Source of the DNA: Bythopirellula sp.
Lineage (GTDB): Bacteria > Planctomycetota > Planctomycetia > Pirellulales > Lacipirellulaceae
DNA: 64,000 bases
Reading direction: 5' to 3'
Assembly: GCA_965216565.1 (NCBI GenBank)
Contig: OZ244170.1
Coordinates: forward strand, 4,704,001 to 4,768,000
Shown here: positions 10,121-20,733 of the stretch, one piece after another
Numbering within the stretch: the first letter of the stretch is position 1
Layout: each line of letters begins with the position of its first letter
Position numbers and translations under genes: made by a program
Notes under the pieces: model-generated
Seen by the model: the letters and a program-made list of their open reading frames with translations, nothing else
Told to the model about the DNA's origin: nothing
The model's database searches: none

Positions 10121-10271
10121 GAAACAGAACCTGGTCTTTCCTGATTGGCAAAGTTGCCGCTATCGTAGTCGCCCGCGCAACTTGCGTCTGTATCGATTTC
10201 GCCGGCAATTGGCGCGATTCGGTCTCACGTTGGCGCGATCCCCCGCATCGCAAATCATGGAGTCTGTACCG

Positions 10272-10949
10272 ATGAGCCAACTGGTATCTCCTCGGAATCT
10301 TATAGGAAGCTCGCTCGACCGCGTTAGAAGCAGCTTAAGAAATCGGCGTCGGCAGAAGGAATTTAGTCGGTGGGTCCAAGCAGGAAAGCCAGCGCCTCCT
10401 CCGCACCTGGCCAAGCAAGCAGTGCTGAGAGAATATGCGAAGCGCTACCAGACGCGCGTCTTCATAGAAACCGGCACGTTCATGGGCGATATGATCGAGG
10501 CGATGCGGAACACGTTCGACACGATCTATTCCATTGAGTTGAGCCCCGTCTATTTTGAGAAAGCCCAGCAACGGTTCCAGGAGTTCTCCAACATTCAACT
10601 GCTGCAAGGCGATAGCGGCAAAGTGCTGGGGGAGATCTTGCAGCACATCGACGAGCCAGCCCTGCTGTGGCTAGATGGTCATTACTCGGCAGGTAGTACT
10701 GCACGGGGTGAGAAAGACACCCCAGTATTCGAAGAGCTCAGTCACGTGATTGATGTTCTAGAGCAACAGCCAGGTCATGTCGTATTGATCGACGATGCCC
10801 GATGCTTTGGCACAGATCCGGCATACCCTTTGATTGAAGAACTCAGCGAGTATCTAAAGCGGCACGACACACAGTTCGACTTGGATGTGGAGGAAGACAT
10901 CATCCGCATTACTTCATTGACGCCCACCAAGGAACTTGAGGTCGCCTAA
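10272..10949 (+). CDS. Class I SAM-dependent methyltransferase-like protein
   Basis: FIETGTFMGD, SIELS, GDSG, WLDGHYS, LIDDAR motifs; ATG at 10272 preceded by GGAG; the upstream part of the track ORF overlaps the GT4 gene. Confidence 0.75.
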   Translation: MSQLVSPRNLIGSSLDRVRSSLRNRRRQKEFSRWVQAGKPAPPPHLAKQAVLREYAKRYQTRVFIETGTFMGDMIEAMRNTFDTIYSIELSPVYFEKAQQRFQEFSNIQLLQGDSGKVLGEILQHIDEPALLWLDGHYSAGSTARGEKDTPVFEELSHVIDVLEQQPGHVVLIDDARCFGTDPAYPLIEELSEYLKRHDTQFDLDVEEDIIRITSLTPTKELEVA

Positions 10950-10966
10950 CGGCTGGCCAAAGCACC

Positions 10967-11860
10967 ATGATTGTTAGCAGAATCCAAGGTGGCTTGGGGA
11001 ACCAAATGTTCCAGTACGCCTACGGGCTGTACTTAGCCGGGCGCTACGATACGCAGTTGTGGTTGGAGTGTTCGCAGATGGCGACCGACCCGCTGCGAGA
11101 TTTGATGTTGCATCGCTGGAAGATCGATACGCCGCACGTCACCGATCATCTCCGGCAGTTGATTCCCAGTCGGTATGGCGGCAACGGCTGGAAAAACTGG
11201 CTGCACGGGAATCGCAGCTTGCGGCGGGTGGTGGAACGGCCTTTCGGATTTCAGGAGAAATACCTAGATACCGGCGACAATGTTTTTCTTGATGGCTACT
11301 GGCAGAGTGAACGGTTCTTCCCCCAGTTGCGATCGCAGTTGCAAGAATGCTTTCAGCCGTCCGGCAACACCAGCGCTACCACGGTCGCCATCGCCAAGAA
11401 GATGGCCCAGGCCAACTCGGTTTCGCTCCATGTCCGCCGGGGTGACTATGTCTCCAATGCGCACACTAACTCGGTCCACGGCGTATGTTCGCTGGAGTAC
11501 TACCAAAGTTGCATCGAACAACTGCAAGGCAGTACTGAATCGATGCATGTATTCATATTTTCCGACGACCCCAGTTGGTGCCAACAGAATTTGGCGCTCG
11601 GCTGCCCCGTGACCTACGTCCAACACAACGGTGCGGAACAGGCCCATGAAGATCTGTGGTTAATGACCCAATGTAAACATCACGTTGTGGCCAACAGCAG
11701 TTTCAGCTGGTGGGGCGCGTGGCTCCGCACAGACGATTCGGGCACAGTCTTCGCTCCGCAGCCCTGGTTCCGCAGCCCGAGTCTCGATACCCGCTCCGTG
11801 GTACCCGCCTCCTGGCGAAGGATTGCCAATGAGGGAACCACGCACGCAAAGGCGGCTTAG
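10967..11860 (+). CDS. Alpha-1,2-fucosyltransferase (GT11)
   Basis: GGLGNQMFQYA, GYWQSE, HVRRGDY, FSDD, ANSSFSWWGAWL: the canonical GT11 motifs. Confidence 0.93.
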   Translation: MIVSRIQGGLGNQMFQYAYGLYLAGRYDTQLWLECSQMATDPLRDLMLHRWKIDTPHVTDHLRQLIPSRYGGNGWKNWLHGNRSLRRVVERPFGFQEKYLDTGDNVFLDGYWQSERFFPQLRSQLQECFQPSGNTSATTVAIAKKMAQANSVSLHVRRGDYVSNAHTNSVHGVCSLEYYQSCIEQLQGSTESMHVFIFSDDPSWCQQNLALGCPVTYVQHNGAEQAHEDLWLMTQCKHHVVANSSFSWWGAWLRTDDSGTVFAPQPWFRSPSLDTRSVVPASWRRIANEGTTHAKAA

Positions 11861-11862
11861 CA

Positions 11863-12876
11863 ATGTCTGCGCCAGCCGTTAGTGTTGTGATGCCCGTCTA
11901 CAATGGCGCTCGCTATTTGCGGCAGGCGATTGCCAGTATCCGCTGGCAAACATTCACCGATTGGGAACTCATCTGCGTGGATGACGGTTCGACCGACAAC
12001 TCAGTCGAGATACTGGCAGAGTTTGCTGAGGCGGATTCGCGTATTCGATATTTGAGCCAGGAGAATCAGGGAGTCGTCGCGGCGCGCAATCATTGTCTGC
12101 ATCTAGCCCGCGGCCAGTGGATCGCCTGCCTGGACTGCGACGACGTGGCCCTGCCCAATCGGTTGGAAGTTCAGCTCGAATTCATGAAGCTCAATCCCGA
12201 GGTGGTCGCCGTGGGCAGTAACATGCTGTGCACCGATCCTGAGGGCTTGCCAATTCAAACCACGAATTACGCCATCGAACATGCGGAGATTGAACAGAGC
12301 TTGCTCCACGGTCGCGGCAATACAATTGGCCAGCCAAGCGTGATGATGCGTCGCGATGCGGTCGACAAGGTTGGCAACTATCGGCCGGTATTTGAATGGA
12401 TCGAAGACACGGATCTCTGGCTCCGCTTGGCAGAAGTGGGATCTCTAGCGAATTTGCACGACGTGCTGACCTACTATCGCCTGCACGAACAGAGCACATG
12501 CTGGAAACGTCGCGGACTGCAGCGAACATTGATGCCGCAACTTCTGACTGAGGCGCACCGTAGAAGAAAACTGCCCGTGCCAGAAACTCCGGCAGCGAGT
12601 TTGGCTGCACCCCGCAAGCAAACGTCCGCGGCTGGCAAGTGGGCACGTCAAGCAGCACGGGCGGGCCACTACGTGAGCGCCTGGAAGCATTGGCGTCGCC
12701 AAGCGAGTGCGGAACCGTTCTCCTGGCTTACCTGTCGAGTGACTTTGGAAACGCTGCTTCGCATGGTGGGTTCGCTACTTGCGGGAAAACGCACTTCCCT
12801 CTCACTTCTTCCTGATTGGCGTCGATGGGATGCGACCGAGAGTGAATCTGACTGCGATTCGCACCGCGCTGCGTAA
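11863..12876 (+). CDS. Glycosyltransferase family 2
   Basis: VSVVMPVYN, VDDGSTD, NQGVVAARN, LDCDD, EDTDLWLR. Confidence 0.92.
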   Translation: MSAPAVSVVMPVYNGARYLRQAIASIRWQTFTDWELICVDDGSTDNSVEILAEFAEADSRIRYLSQENQGVVAARNHCLHLARGQWIACLDCDDVALPNRLEVQLEFMKLNPEVVAVGSNMLCTDPEGLPIQTTNYAIEHAEIEQSLLHGRGNTIGQPSVMMRRDAVDKVGNYRPVFEWIEDTDLWLRLAEVGSLANLHDVLTYYRLHEQSTCWKRRGLQRTLMPQLLTEAHRRRKLPVPETPAASLAAPRKQTSAAGKWARQAARAGHYVSAWKHWRRQASAEPFSWLTCRVTLETLLRMVGSLLAGKRTSLSLLPDWRRWDATESESDCDSHRAA

Positions 12877-13086
12877 GCATTGAATAGCTTGAATGGCAGT
12901 CGCTAGACGCTCTTGAGCACCGTGCTGCATTGTCGGGGAAAAGAAGGGGCTGGGGGGACGTTGGACTCCGGAGGCAGGTGTGCCTCCGGCTATTTGACCG
13001 GTGCTGGATTACAGTGTTCTGGAGTGGTTATTTCGCTTCGCCTTCTCTGTTGATCTCCTGCGGGATACAATCTTGCCAGCGAAACG

Positions 13087-16000
13087 ATGGAAATAGTCGT
13101 CCCCGCCGAATCGCCAGCCGCGCATCGGCTCAGCGATTTGGTTGCCCAACTCGAAGAGCAAAGCGACTTCGCCAAAGTGCTCGCCAGCTTAAATGCTGGG
13201 GACGGAGCCACCTTGGGAGGAGTCTGGGGATCGTCGTGCGCGCTGGTCGCTGCGGCACTCGCCCGTAGCTGTGCGGAAACCTTGGTGGTTGTGCTGCCGC
13301 ACGCGCGAGATATCGATTCCTTCTGCGACGACTTAACGCTCTTCACCCCAGATAGCGTGGCATCTTTCCCTGCGTGGGAAAGTGATGCAGGCGAGCGCGT
13401 GCTGCACGATGAGATTTTCGGGACGCGGTTGCGATTGCTGAAGTCCCTCAAGAATGGCAAGGGTCCGTCCGTAGTAGTTACCGCCATTCAAAGTCTCCTG
13501 CAACCGGTGCCCGACGAAAGTGATCTGCAGGCAGCGACGCGAGTCGTGTCCGTCGGCGAATCATTGGATACCGAACAGCTTTGCACTTGGCTTACGGAGC
13601 AAGGTTGCCAGAGCACTACTGCGGTGGAACTGCCAGGCGAGTTCTCGCTCCGCGGCGGCATACTCGATGTGTTTCCGCCCGATGCCCTTGATCCCGTGCG
13701 TATCGAACTCTTTGGCGATGATATTGAATCGATCCGGTCTTTTGATGTAGCTACCCAACGTAGTCTCGAGACGCATGACTCGGTTGAGTTGACCGTGCTG
13801 GAACCTAATCGCAAGAGCCGCATTCACTTTGCTAGTTATCTGAAGCAGCAAAGTTGGTTTCTGCTCGTCGAGCCTAATCAGTTGAAAGAAGAGGGCCGGT
13901 ACTACCATCAGCGATTGGAACATCCGGAGGATTTCTTCGCCACAAACACCACCCTGGCAGAGATTTTCAAATTCCCGTCCATCACCGCCTCGGGAATTCC
14001 AGCCGGCTCGTTCGAGACGACAGCCCACCTGCAGTTTGAGTCGGTAGAACGGTTTAGCGGCGATGTGCATCGCGTGCGCGAAGAGCTTGATGAAGCCACG
14101 GCGGGGCAGCAAGTCGTTCTCGTCGTAGAAACCGAAGCCGAGCAGCAGCGACTGGTGGAACTGTTCGGCGAAACCCAAGCAGCAGCCGAGGGGCGGTTGC
14201 AATATGTGCGGGGACGACTCGAGAGTGGATTCCGCTTGGTGCATCAGCAAGTGGTGCTGATTAGTGCGCTGGAACTCTTCCAACGCCAAGAAGTAGCGCG
14301 CCCCTCGCAACGCCGAACCGGCAGGGCCATCGATAGCTTTCTGCAATTGCGGGAAGGCGATTTGGTGGTCCATGTAGCCCACGGGATTGGGCGGTATCGC
14401 GGACTAAAGCTGCTGGAGAAAGAGGGCGGCGCTGAAGAGCATCTCGACGTAGAATTCGACGGCGGGACACACATTTATGTGCCCACCAGCAAAATCGATC
14501 TGGTGCAGAAATACGTGGGTGGTCGCAAGGCCGTGCCGCGACTTGCCAAGATCGGTGGGAAGACCTGGATCCGCCAGAAAGAGGCCGCTCAGAAGGCCGT
14601 CACCGATCTGGCGGTCGATATGCTGCAGCTACAGGCGGCTCGCGAGGCGCGGCCGGGGATCGCCTTTCCCAGCGATAGTCAGTGGCAGCAAGAATTCGAC
14701 GCGGCGTTTCCCTATCAGGAAACCCCGGACCAGCTTGAGGCGTTGATCTCGATCAAGCAAGACATGCAACAGCCTAAGCCGATGGATCGACTGCTCTGCG
14801 GCGATGTCGGTTTCGGCAAAACTGAAATGGCAATGCGAAGCGCCTTCAAGGCCATCGACGCCGGCTACCAAGTTGCTGTGCTTGTGCCAACGACCGTACT
14901 TGCCGAGCAACATCGCCGCACATTTTCGCAACGGATGGCGGAGTTTCCGTTTGAGATTGCGTCGATCTCGCGCTTCAGCACAGCCAAGCAACAGCGCGAG
15001 ACAATCGCAAAAGCAGCCGAGGGCACGGTCGACCTATTGATCGGTACGCACCGGCTTGTTTCCAAGGACGTACAGTTCCAAAACCTGGGTCTGGTGATAA
15101 TCGACGAAGAACAGCGATTTGGCGTCGCGATCAAAGAACGCTTGAAAGCCTTGCGGGCGAGTGTCGATGTGCTGACGATGACGGCAACGCCGATTCCGCG
15201 AACCTTGCACATGTCTCTGCTAGGGGTGCGGAGCATTTCCAATTTGGAGACGGCTCCTAAGGATCGGATTGCAGTGGAAACACGCGTTTCCCGATTCGAC
15301 GAAGGCCTGATTCGTCATGCGGTACTGCGAGAATTGAACCGCGAGGGTCAGGTGTTTTTTGTCCACAACCGGGTCCACGACATCCAAGCCGTTGCAGATC
15401 GCCTACAACGAATTGTTCCCGAAGCGTCCATTGGAATCGGCCATGGCCAGATGAACGAGTCGGAGCTGGAAGAGGTCATGCTGGGTTTCGTGCGACACGA
15501 TTTTGATATCTTGCTGGCGACGACCATCGTCGAAAGTGGCTTGGACATTCCCAATGCCAACACCATGTTTATTGACGACGCCGATCGATACGGGTTGGCC
15601 GACTTGCATCAATTGCGGGGCAGAGTAGGACGGTACAAACATCGGGCTTATTGCTATTTGTTGGTCGATGAGGATCGTCATCTATCGCCCGAGGCAGCGC
15701 GACGTTTGCGGGCAATTGAGGAGTTTAGCCAGATGGGTGCGGGCTTTGCACTCGCGATGCGCGACCTGGAACTACGCGGTGCCGGCAATCTGTTGGGCAC
15801 GCAACAAAGTGGGCACATCGCGACGGTGGGCTATGAACTTTACTGTGCCCTGTTAGAAAAGTCGGTGCGTCAGCTAAAGAATCTTCCGCTTCCGGATTCG
15901 ATCGAGGTCTCGCTCGACCTGCCGGTGGCCGCCTACTTCCCACGGCAATATGTGCCCGACATGCGGACGAAAATCGATCTCTACCGACGGCTATCACGCA

Positions 16001-16335
16001 TTGCCGATGAGGCAGAGCTCGAGGATTTCCAAGTCGAGTTGGCAGACCGCTTCGGTCCGCTCCCCGCGGCAGTGGAGCAGCTGATTGAGCTGGGCCGGCT
16101 GCGAATTTGGGCGCATGCCTGGAATATCTCCTCAATTCATCAGGAGGATAAGTACCTGGTGTTGGGCTACACGAATCCGAAAAGTATCGAATTATTGCGA
16201 GCCAAGTCGGCTGGCCAGCTGCGTGTGGCCGATGCCAGCAGTGCTTATCTGCCTATGCCACAAGCGGTTACGGAGCTGGAAGAGATTTTAACGCAATTGA
16301 AATCGCTATTGCGGCCCGAGACGACCGACAGCTAG
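13087..16335 (+). CDS. mfd: Transcription-repair coupling factor
   Basis: GEFSLRGGILDVF, VVHVAHGIGRY (CarD-like), CGDVGFGKTE, DEEQRFG, MTATPIPRTL, QLRGRVGR. Confidence 0.97.
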   Translation: MEIVVPAESPAAHRLSDLVAQLEEQSDFAKVLASLNAGDGATLGGVWGSSCALVAAALARSCAETLVVVLPHARDIDSFCDDLTLFTPDSVASFPAWESDAGERVLHDEIFGTRLRLLKSLKNGKGPSVVVTAIQSLLQPVPDESDLQAATRVVSVGESLDTEQLCTWLTEQGCQSTTAVELPGEFSLRGGILDVFPPDALDPVRIELFGDDIESIRSFDVATQRSLETHDSVELTVLEPNRKSRIHFASYLKQQSWFLLVEPNQLKEEGRYYHQRLEHPEDFFATNTTLAEIFKFPSITASGIPAGSFETTAHLQFESVERFSGDVHRVREELDEATAGQQVVLVVETEAEQQRLVELFGETQAAAEGRLQYVRGRLESGFRLVHQQVVLISALELFQRQEVARPSQRRTGRAIDSFLQLREGDLVVHVAHGIGRYRGLKLLEKEGGAEEHLDVEFDGGTHIYVPTSKIDLVQKYVGGRKAVPRLAKIGGKTWIRQKEAAQKAVTDLAVDMLQLQAAREARPGIAFPSDSQWQQEFDAAFPYQETPDQLEALISIKQDMQQPKPMDRLLCGDVGFGKTEMAMRSAFKAIDAGYQVAVLVPTTVLAEQHRRTFSQRMAEFPFEIASISRFSTAKQQRETIAKAAEGTVDLLIGTHRLVSKDVQFQNLGLVIIDEEQRFGVAIKERLKALRASVDVLTMTATPIPRTLHMSLLGVRSISNLETAPKDRIAVETRVSRFDEGLIRHAVLRELNREGQVFFVHNRVHDIQAVADRLQRIVPEASIGIGHGQMNESELEEVMLGFVRHDFDILLATTIVESGLDIPNANTMFIDDADRYGLADLHQLRGRVGRYKHRAYCYLLVDEDRHLSPEAARRLRAIEEFSQMGAGFALAMRDLELRGAGNLLGTQQSGHIATVGYELYCALLEKSVRQLKNLPLPDSIEVSLDLPVAAYFPRQYVPDMRTKIDLYRRLSRIADEAELEDFQVELADRFGPLPAAVEQLIELGRLRIWAHAWNISSIHQEDKYLVLGYTNPKSIELLRAKSAGQLRVADASSAYLPMPQAVTELEEILTQLKSLLRPETTDS

Positions 16336-16426
16336 AATCCCGCCGCTTTTCTTCAGGAATATATGGCTCTTCAGCTGCCAGTGGGTGCAGCGATGCGCAG
16401 CAATTCCCCAATAGCGACGAATCAAC

Positions 16427-17731
16427 GTGCGAATTCACGAGCAGCCAAAACCAACTCGGCAGCAACATCTATTGTCGACCGCTGCATCGATTCTCTCGCT
16501 AACAATAGGTTTCAGTTCGCTACTTGCTACCTCCAGCGCCCAACCTATGTTTGCTCCCCCGGCGGCGCCCAATCCGTCCGCTGTACGGGGTGTTCAAGAT
16601 TTGGGGACCGTCACCACGTCGCCAGCCACCATTGCGCCAGCTCCGGTTACTCCGACTATCCCCAAAAGATATACGGGCGTATCGACCACAGGTGGAACAG
16701 AAAACGCCAAGCCGCTGAAGAGCGGCGAGATTATCGCTCGCATTGACGGACAGATCGTGCTGGCGAGTGACCTGCTTTGGCAAGTCAATAAAATCCTCGA
16801 CGCCAATGCCGACCGGATTCCTCCAGGGCAACGCGATACCATTGCCAACCAGATCATGAAGCAGCAGCTGTTGAGTATGATCGATACGAAACTACTGTAC
16901 GCTGATTTCCGTCGCACAGTGCCTCCCGAGAACATTCCCAGTGTGGAAGAAAACCTACAAAAGCCGTTCGAGGAGCATGAGGTTCCTCGCTTGATGGAAT
17001 TGTTCGAGGTGGAGAGCCCGAAACAATTAAGCAAAGAGCTAGCCAAGATCGATACGTCTCTGTCGGACATGCAACGACAGTTCAACGAGCGGACCATTGC
17101 CAGCGAGTGGCTCCGCCAAAAGACGCCGAAGCCCAAGGAGGTAACGTACGATCAGCTCGTGGAGTACTACCAGAAGCATGTGAAACAGGGAGACTACGAC
17201 AACGAGGCAAAAGCGAAATGGGAAGAATTGATGGTCCGCTTCGACAAGTTCGGCGGCGACCGCAATGCAGCCTATCGTGCCATGGCCGAAATCGGCAACG
17301 AGGTGTGGGGCCATGTGGTGGCCAATCCCGATTTGCGGGGGCCTGCTTTCGCCGAGATCGCTGTGAAAAAGTCGCACGGCTTCACAGCTGCCAAGGGTGG
17401 CCAGCACGACTGGACCACCAAAGGCGCACTCCGCAGCAAACAAATTGACGAAGCACTGTTTACGCTCGAAGTGGGCCAGATGAGCAACATTATCGAGTCG
17501 GAGCAGGGTTTCCACGTTATCAGAGTGCTGAAACGCAAAGAAGCAGGCCGCACGCCGTTCACCAAGGCCCAAGCCGACATCCGCAAGAAGCTCGAAGCGG
17601 AGGAGCAGCAGAAGCTCGTCCGGGCCGAGGTCGAGAACATGCGGAAAGATTGCACCATCTGGACGGTCTACGACGGTGAGCTCTCTGGGCCCGAGGTGGC
17701 CGAGATGATGAAGAAGCCCCGACGCAAATAG
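16427..17731 (+). CDS. Exported PpiC/parvulin-type peptidyl-prolyl isomerase (SurA-like)
   Basis: Signal-like N-terminus; FAEIAVKKS...GG...LFTLEVGQMSNIIESEQGFHVIRV rotamase signature. Confidence 0.82.
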   Translation: MRIHEQPKPTRQQHLLSTAASILSLTIGFSSLLATSSAQPMFAPPAAPNPSAVRGVQDLGTVTTSPATIAPAPVTPTIPKRYTGVSTTGGTENAKPLKSGEIIARIDGQIVLASDLLWQVNKILDANADRIPPGQRDTIANQIMKQQLLSMIDTKLLYADFRRTVPPENIPSVEENLQKPFEEHEVPRLMELFEVESPKQLSKELAKIDTSLSDMQRQFNERTIASEWLRQKTPKPKEVTYDQLVEYYQKHVKQGDYDNEAKAKWEELMVRFDKFGGDRNAAYRAMAEIGNEVWGHVVANPDLRGPAFAEIAVKKSHGFTAAKGGQHDWTTKGALRSKQIDEALFTLEVGQMSNIIESEQGFHVIRVLKRKEAGRTPFTKAQADIRKKLEAEEQQKLVRAEVENMRKDCTIWTVYDGELSGPEVAEMMKKPRRK

Positions 17732-17739
17732 TGGGAAAA

Positions 17740-17806
17740 GTTGGAAGTTTGAACGTGGAAGTGTGAAGGAAAAAAAATTGGTCACTTCAACGTTCGAACT
17801 TCCAAC
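17740..17806. repeat. 24-bp inverted repeat built from 7-bp units
   Basis: GTTGGAAGTTTGAACGTGGAAGTG (17740-17763) vs CACTTCAACGTTCGAACTTCCAAC (17783-17806), 2 mismatches. Confidence 0.75.
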
Positions 17807-17982
17807 GTCAGCCTTCCCGCCCGCACAACCGGGGCGACCTGTTCGATCTGAGTCTATTCAGCGGTTTGCTTGCCGCCTGAGGTCGAACGTGCTGATGCTG
17901 GGTGCGAAAGTTTGACGATAGGGAGTTATATCCTGTCGCAAAATTTCCCTCGCCCCGCAATCCCGTGGAAGGAACTCCAGCC

Positions 17983-18207
17983 ATGTGGCGTTCGCTATTT
18001 TTGGCCCTGGGAGCCTACACCTGTCTATTGGGTGTCGAAGCTCTCGCCGTGGAGAAAGCCGTTCTCAAACAGCCCGAGAATGGGCAACCGCGAAAATTCA
18101 TCAAAGAGGACATCACACCTCCCGAGTGGGCCCCGTGGAGCCTGATGGCCTCCGGAGCCGTGGTGACGCTCTATTCGTTCACCATTCCCCGCCGGGTTGG
18201 GAACTGA
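17983..18207 (+). CDS. Small two-TM membrane protein
   Basis: MWRSLFLALGAYTCLLGVE...PPEWAPWSLMASGAVVTLYSFTIP; AAGGA upstream of ATG 17983. Confidence 0.7.
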   Translation: MWRSLFLALGAYTCLLGVEALAVEKAVLKQPENGQPRKFIKEDITPPEWAPWSLMASGAVVTLYSFTIPRRVGN

Positions 18208-18213
18208 GGTCAG

Positions 18214-18258
18214 GGCTTAGAGCTAGGAGCGGAGAGTCCAGAGCTTAGAGTTCAGAGT
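18214..18258. repeat. Degenerate heptamer tandem repeat (AGnnnAG)
   Basis: GGCTTAG AGCTAGG AGCGGAG AGTCCAG AGCTTAG AGTTCAG AGT. Confidence 0.65.
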
Positions 18259-18610
18259 CGCCTGTTGAAACTATGATGTCATCGGGGCTGCCTCCAGCTA
18301 TCGTAGTCTCGATATGGGGGCGGGCTACGTCGTGTTGTTGCCGTGACGAGACAGGCAATCGAACCTGTTCTCTCGCAGCCTTGTCCACTCAGACAAGGAC
18401 CATTTTGATTCGACGGGCAAAAATAGCACGAGAATCGCAGCCTCTGTTCCGCAAAACGGGCGGGGAATCTTGAGTTTTCTCCCTAAAAGGCTTACTATGG
18501 ATAGGTTTAGGAGAATGCACGAGCAACGAGGCGTTGCTGGGTGCCCTTCCGCGAAGCAGGGCCGAGATTGACGGCCGAATCATTGAAAAGATCTGACACG
18601 AGGAAAAGTT

Positions 18611-20392
18611 GTGGCGACCATCAATAAGAAGAAGTCTGACAAGAAAACCAAAGGTGAACTAACTACCGGAGCCGACATCCTGGTCCAGTCGTTAGTGAAC
18701 CTGGGTGTCGACACTATTTTCGCCTACCCTGGCGGGGCCAGCATGCCCCTGCATCAAGCGCTGACCCGATACAGCGACAAGCTGCGCACCATTTTGCCTC
18801 GGCATGAGCAGGGTGGCGGTTTCGCGGCTCAGGGAGTTACCCGCACCACCGATAAGGTGGGGGTCTGTATGGCTACCAGTGGCCCGGGGGCTACGAATCT
18901 GGTGACCGCCATTGCCGATGCCAAGCTCGACAGCATTGCCATGGTTGCCATTACCGCACAGGTTCCAATCAAGGTGATCGGTAGCGATGCATTTCAGGAA
19001 ACGCCAATTGTCGAAGTTTGCCGTGGGATCACGAAGCACCACTATCTGGTGACCGACGTCAACGATGTGGCTCGCATTGTGAAAGAAGCGTTTCTCATTG
19101 CTTCCTCCGGTCGTCCCGGTCCGGTGCTGATCGATGTTCCGAAGAACGTTCAGCTCGAGCAATGTGTGCCCGATTACGAAACAGATCTCGATTTGCCCGG
19201 CTACAGTTTCGACTTGCCCTTGGCAGCTCCCGAACAAATCAACCAAATCGCCGCGGCCATCAAGCTTGCCAAGCGGCCCGTCATTTACGCCGGTGGCGGA
19301 ATTATTCTCGCCGAGGCCAGCGAACAGTTGCGGGAACTGGTGAAGAAGACTGGCATCCCAATTACCACCACAGTCATGGGTCTGGGTGCTTATCCGGGCG
19401 ACGATCCTTTGTCGCTCGACATGCTCGGCATGCACGGATCGGTGTACTCGAATCTGGCTGTCGACGAGGCCGACTTGCTAATCGCCTTGGGCGTACGATT
19501 CGATGATCGTGTGACCGGCAAAGTCGAGGAATTCTGCAAGCATGGCAAGATTATTCATGTTGATGTCGATGCTTCGGAACTCAACAAGAACAAGCCGGCA
19601 CACATCCCTGTATGTAGCGACGTGAAGTTTGCCCTGGAAGAACTCAACAAGATTGTTGAGGCTCCCGAAGATATCAGCGACTGGGTTGCCCAGTGCCAAG
19701 AGTGGAAAAAGGAAGAGCCTTTTTCGTACGACACCTCCTACCCGGGCATCACCCAGCAGCGTGCCATCCAGGAACTATGGAAGCTGACGCGGGACAAAGA
19801 TCCGATTATTTCGGTAGGCGTCGGACAGCATCAGATGTGGGCTGCCCAATTCTATAAGTTCGCCGAACCAAAGCGTTGGATGAGTTCTAGCGGCTTGGGC
19901 ACGATGGGCTTTGGTCTCCCCGCTGCCATGGGAGCTCAGGCGGCGAATCCCGATCGGTTGGTGTTCGACATCGACGGAGATGGTAGCTTCCTAATGAACA
20001 TTCAGGAAATGGCCACCTGCGTGTGTGAAAAGTTGCCGGTGAAGGTGCTGCTTTTGAACAATCAGCATCTCGGTATGGTGGTTCAATGGGAAGACCGCTT
20101 TATGCAAGGCAATCGGGCCCACACGTACCTAGGCCCCGTCGACAACCCTGAAGCCCACGGCAAGGGCGATGGAATTGGCCCCGACGAGCGCTATCCCGAC
20201 TTTGTCTCCATCGCCAAAGGCTTTGGATGGGGCAGCTCCTATGTCAAAGAGCAATCGGACTTAACTGACGCCCTGCAGACTATGATCGACTACGACGGGC
20301 CGTACCTGCTGGACGTGGAAGTGCCCTATCAAGAGCATGTGTTACCGATGATTCCCAGCGGCGGCACGGTGAAGGATCTCATTAAAGAGTAA
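18611..20392 (+). CDS. ilvB: Acetolactate synthase large subunit
   Basis: [60 protein letters not shown] motif. Confidence 0.96.
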   Translation: MATINKKKSDKKTKGELTTGADILVQSLVNLGVDTIFAYPGGASMPLHQALTRYSDKLRTILPRHEQGGGFAAQGVTRTTDKVGVCMATSGPGATNLVTAIADAKLDSIAMVAITAQVPIKVIGSDAFQETPIVEVCRGITKHHYLVTDVNDVARIVKEAFLIASSGRPGPVLIDVPKNVQLEQCVPDYETDLDLPGYSFDLPLAAPEQINQIAAAIKLAKRPVIYAGGGIILAEASEQLRELVKKTGIPITTTVMGLGAYPGDDPLSLDMLGMHGSVYSNLAVDEADLLIALGVRFDDRVTGKVEEFCKHGKIIHVDVDASELNKNKPAHIPVCSDVKFALEELNKIVEAPEDISDWVAQCQEWKKEEPFSYDTSYPGITQQRAIQELWKLTRDKDPIISVGVGQHQMWAAQFYKFAEPKRWMSSSGLGTMGFGLPAAMGAQAANPDRLVFDIDGDGSFLMNIQEMATCVCEKLPVKVLLLNNQHLGMVVQWEDRFMQGNRAHTYLGPVDNPEAHGKGDGIGPDERYPDFVSIAKGFGWGSSYVKEQSDLTDALQTMIDYDGPYLLDVEVPYQEHVLPMIPSGGTVKDLIKE

Positions 20393-20423
20393 CGAATCGC
20401 ATCTTTCAAATAGTGAAACAAAA

Positions 20424-20460
20424 AAAGCCCGCGGCGGATTGCTGCGGGCTTTCTCTTTTT
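20424..20460. terminator. Rho-independent terminator (likely bidirectional)
   Basis: AAAGCCCGCGGC-GGATT-GCTGCGGGCTTT hairpin, flanked by an A tract and a T-rich tract. Confidence 0.82.
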
Positions 20461-20508
20461 GATTTTACTGTTCTCTTAACACTCGTCCCTAGACTCTCCA
20501 CTCTAAGA

Positions 20509-20733
20509 TCAGCTCTCAGTCGTGGCTGCTGCCTCGTCACCTTCTTCTTCCTTCTTCTTTTTCTTCTTCTTCATCACGAGCTTGCGAACCCGTACCTTTG
20601 GCAGGCCGAGTGGCGAGTCGCCTTCCTGCCAGCGATCGGCTTCCTTAAGCTGCTGTAGACGTTCCATCCGAGTTAGCACGCTACGGTTGGTGGAGCCACC
20701 CCGACGGATTTTCAGGCTTTTATCAATGGTCAT
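20509..20733 (-). CDS. PVC-superphylum small basic protein (TIGR04137-like)
   Basis: MTIDKSLK...RSVLTRMERL...W.EGDSPLGLPKVR plus a poly-Lys tail, matching my recollection of the Chlamydiae/Verrucomicrobia/Planctomycetes signature protein. Confidence 0.88.
   Translation of the reverse strand: MTIDKSLKIRRGGSTNRSVLTRMERLQQLKEADRWQEGDSPLGLPKVRVRKLVMKKKKKKKEEEGDEAAATTES

Noticed and set aside
9864..10271. N-terminal extension of the methyltransferase ORF
   Set aside because: Overlaps the GT4 gene on the opposite strand; an SD-supported ATG exists at 10272
18273..18600. ilv attenuator or leader peptide upstream of ilvB
   Set aside because: No short Ile/Leu/Val-rich leader with a terminator/antiterminator pair could be identified
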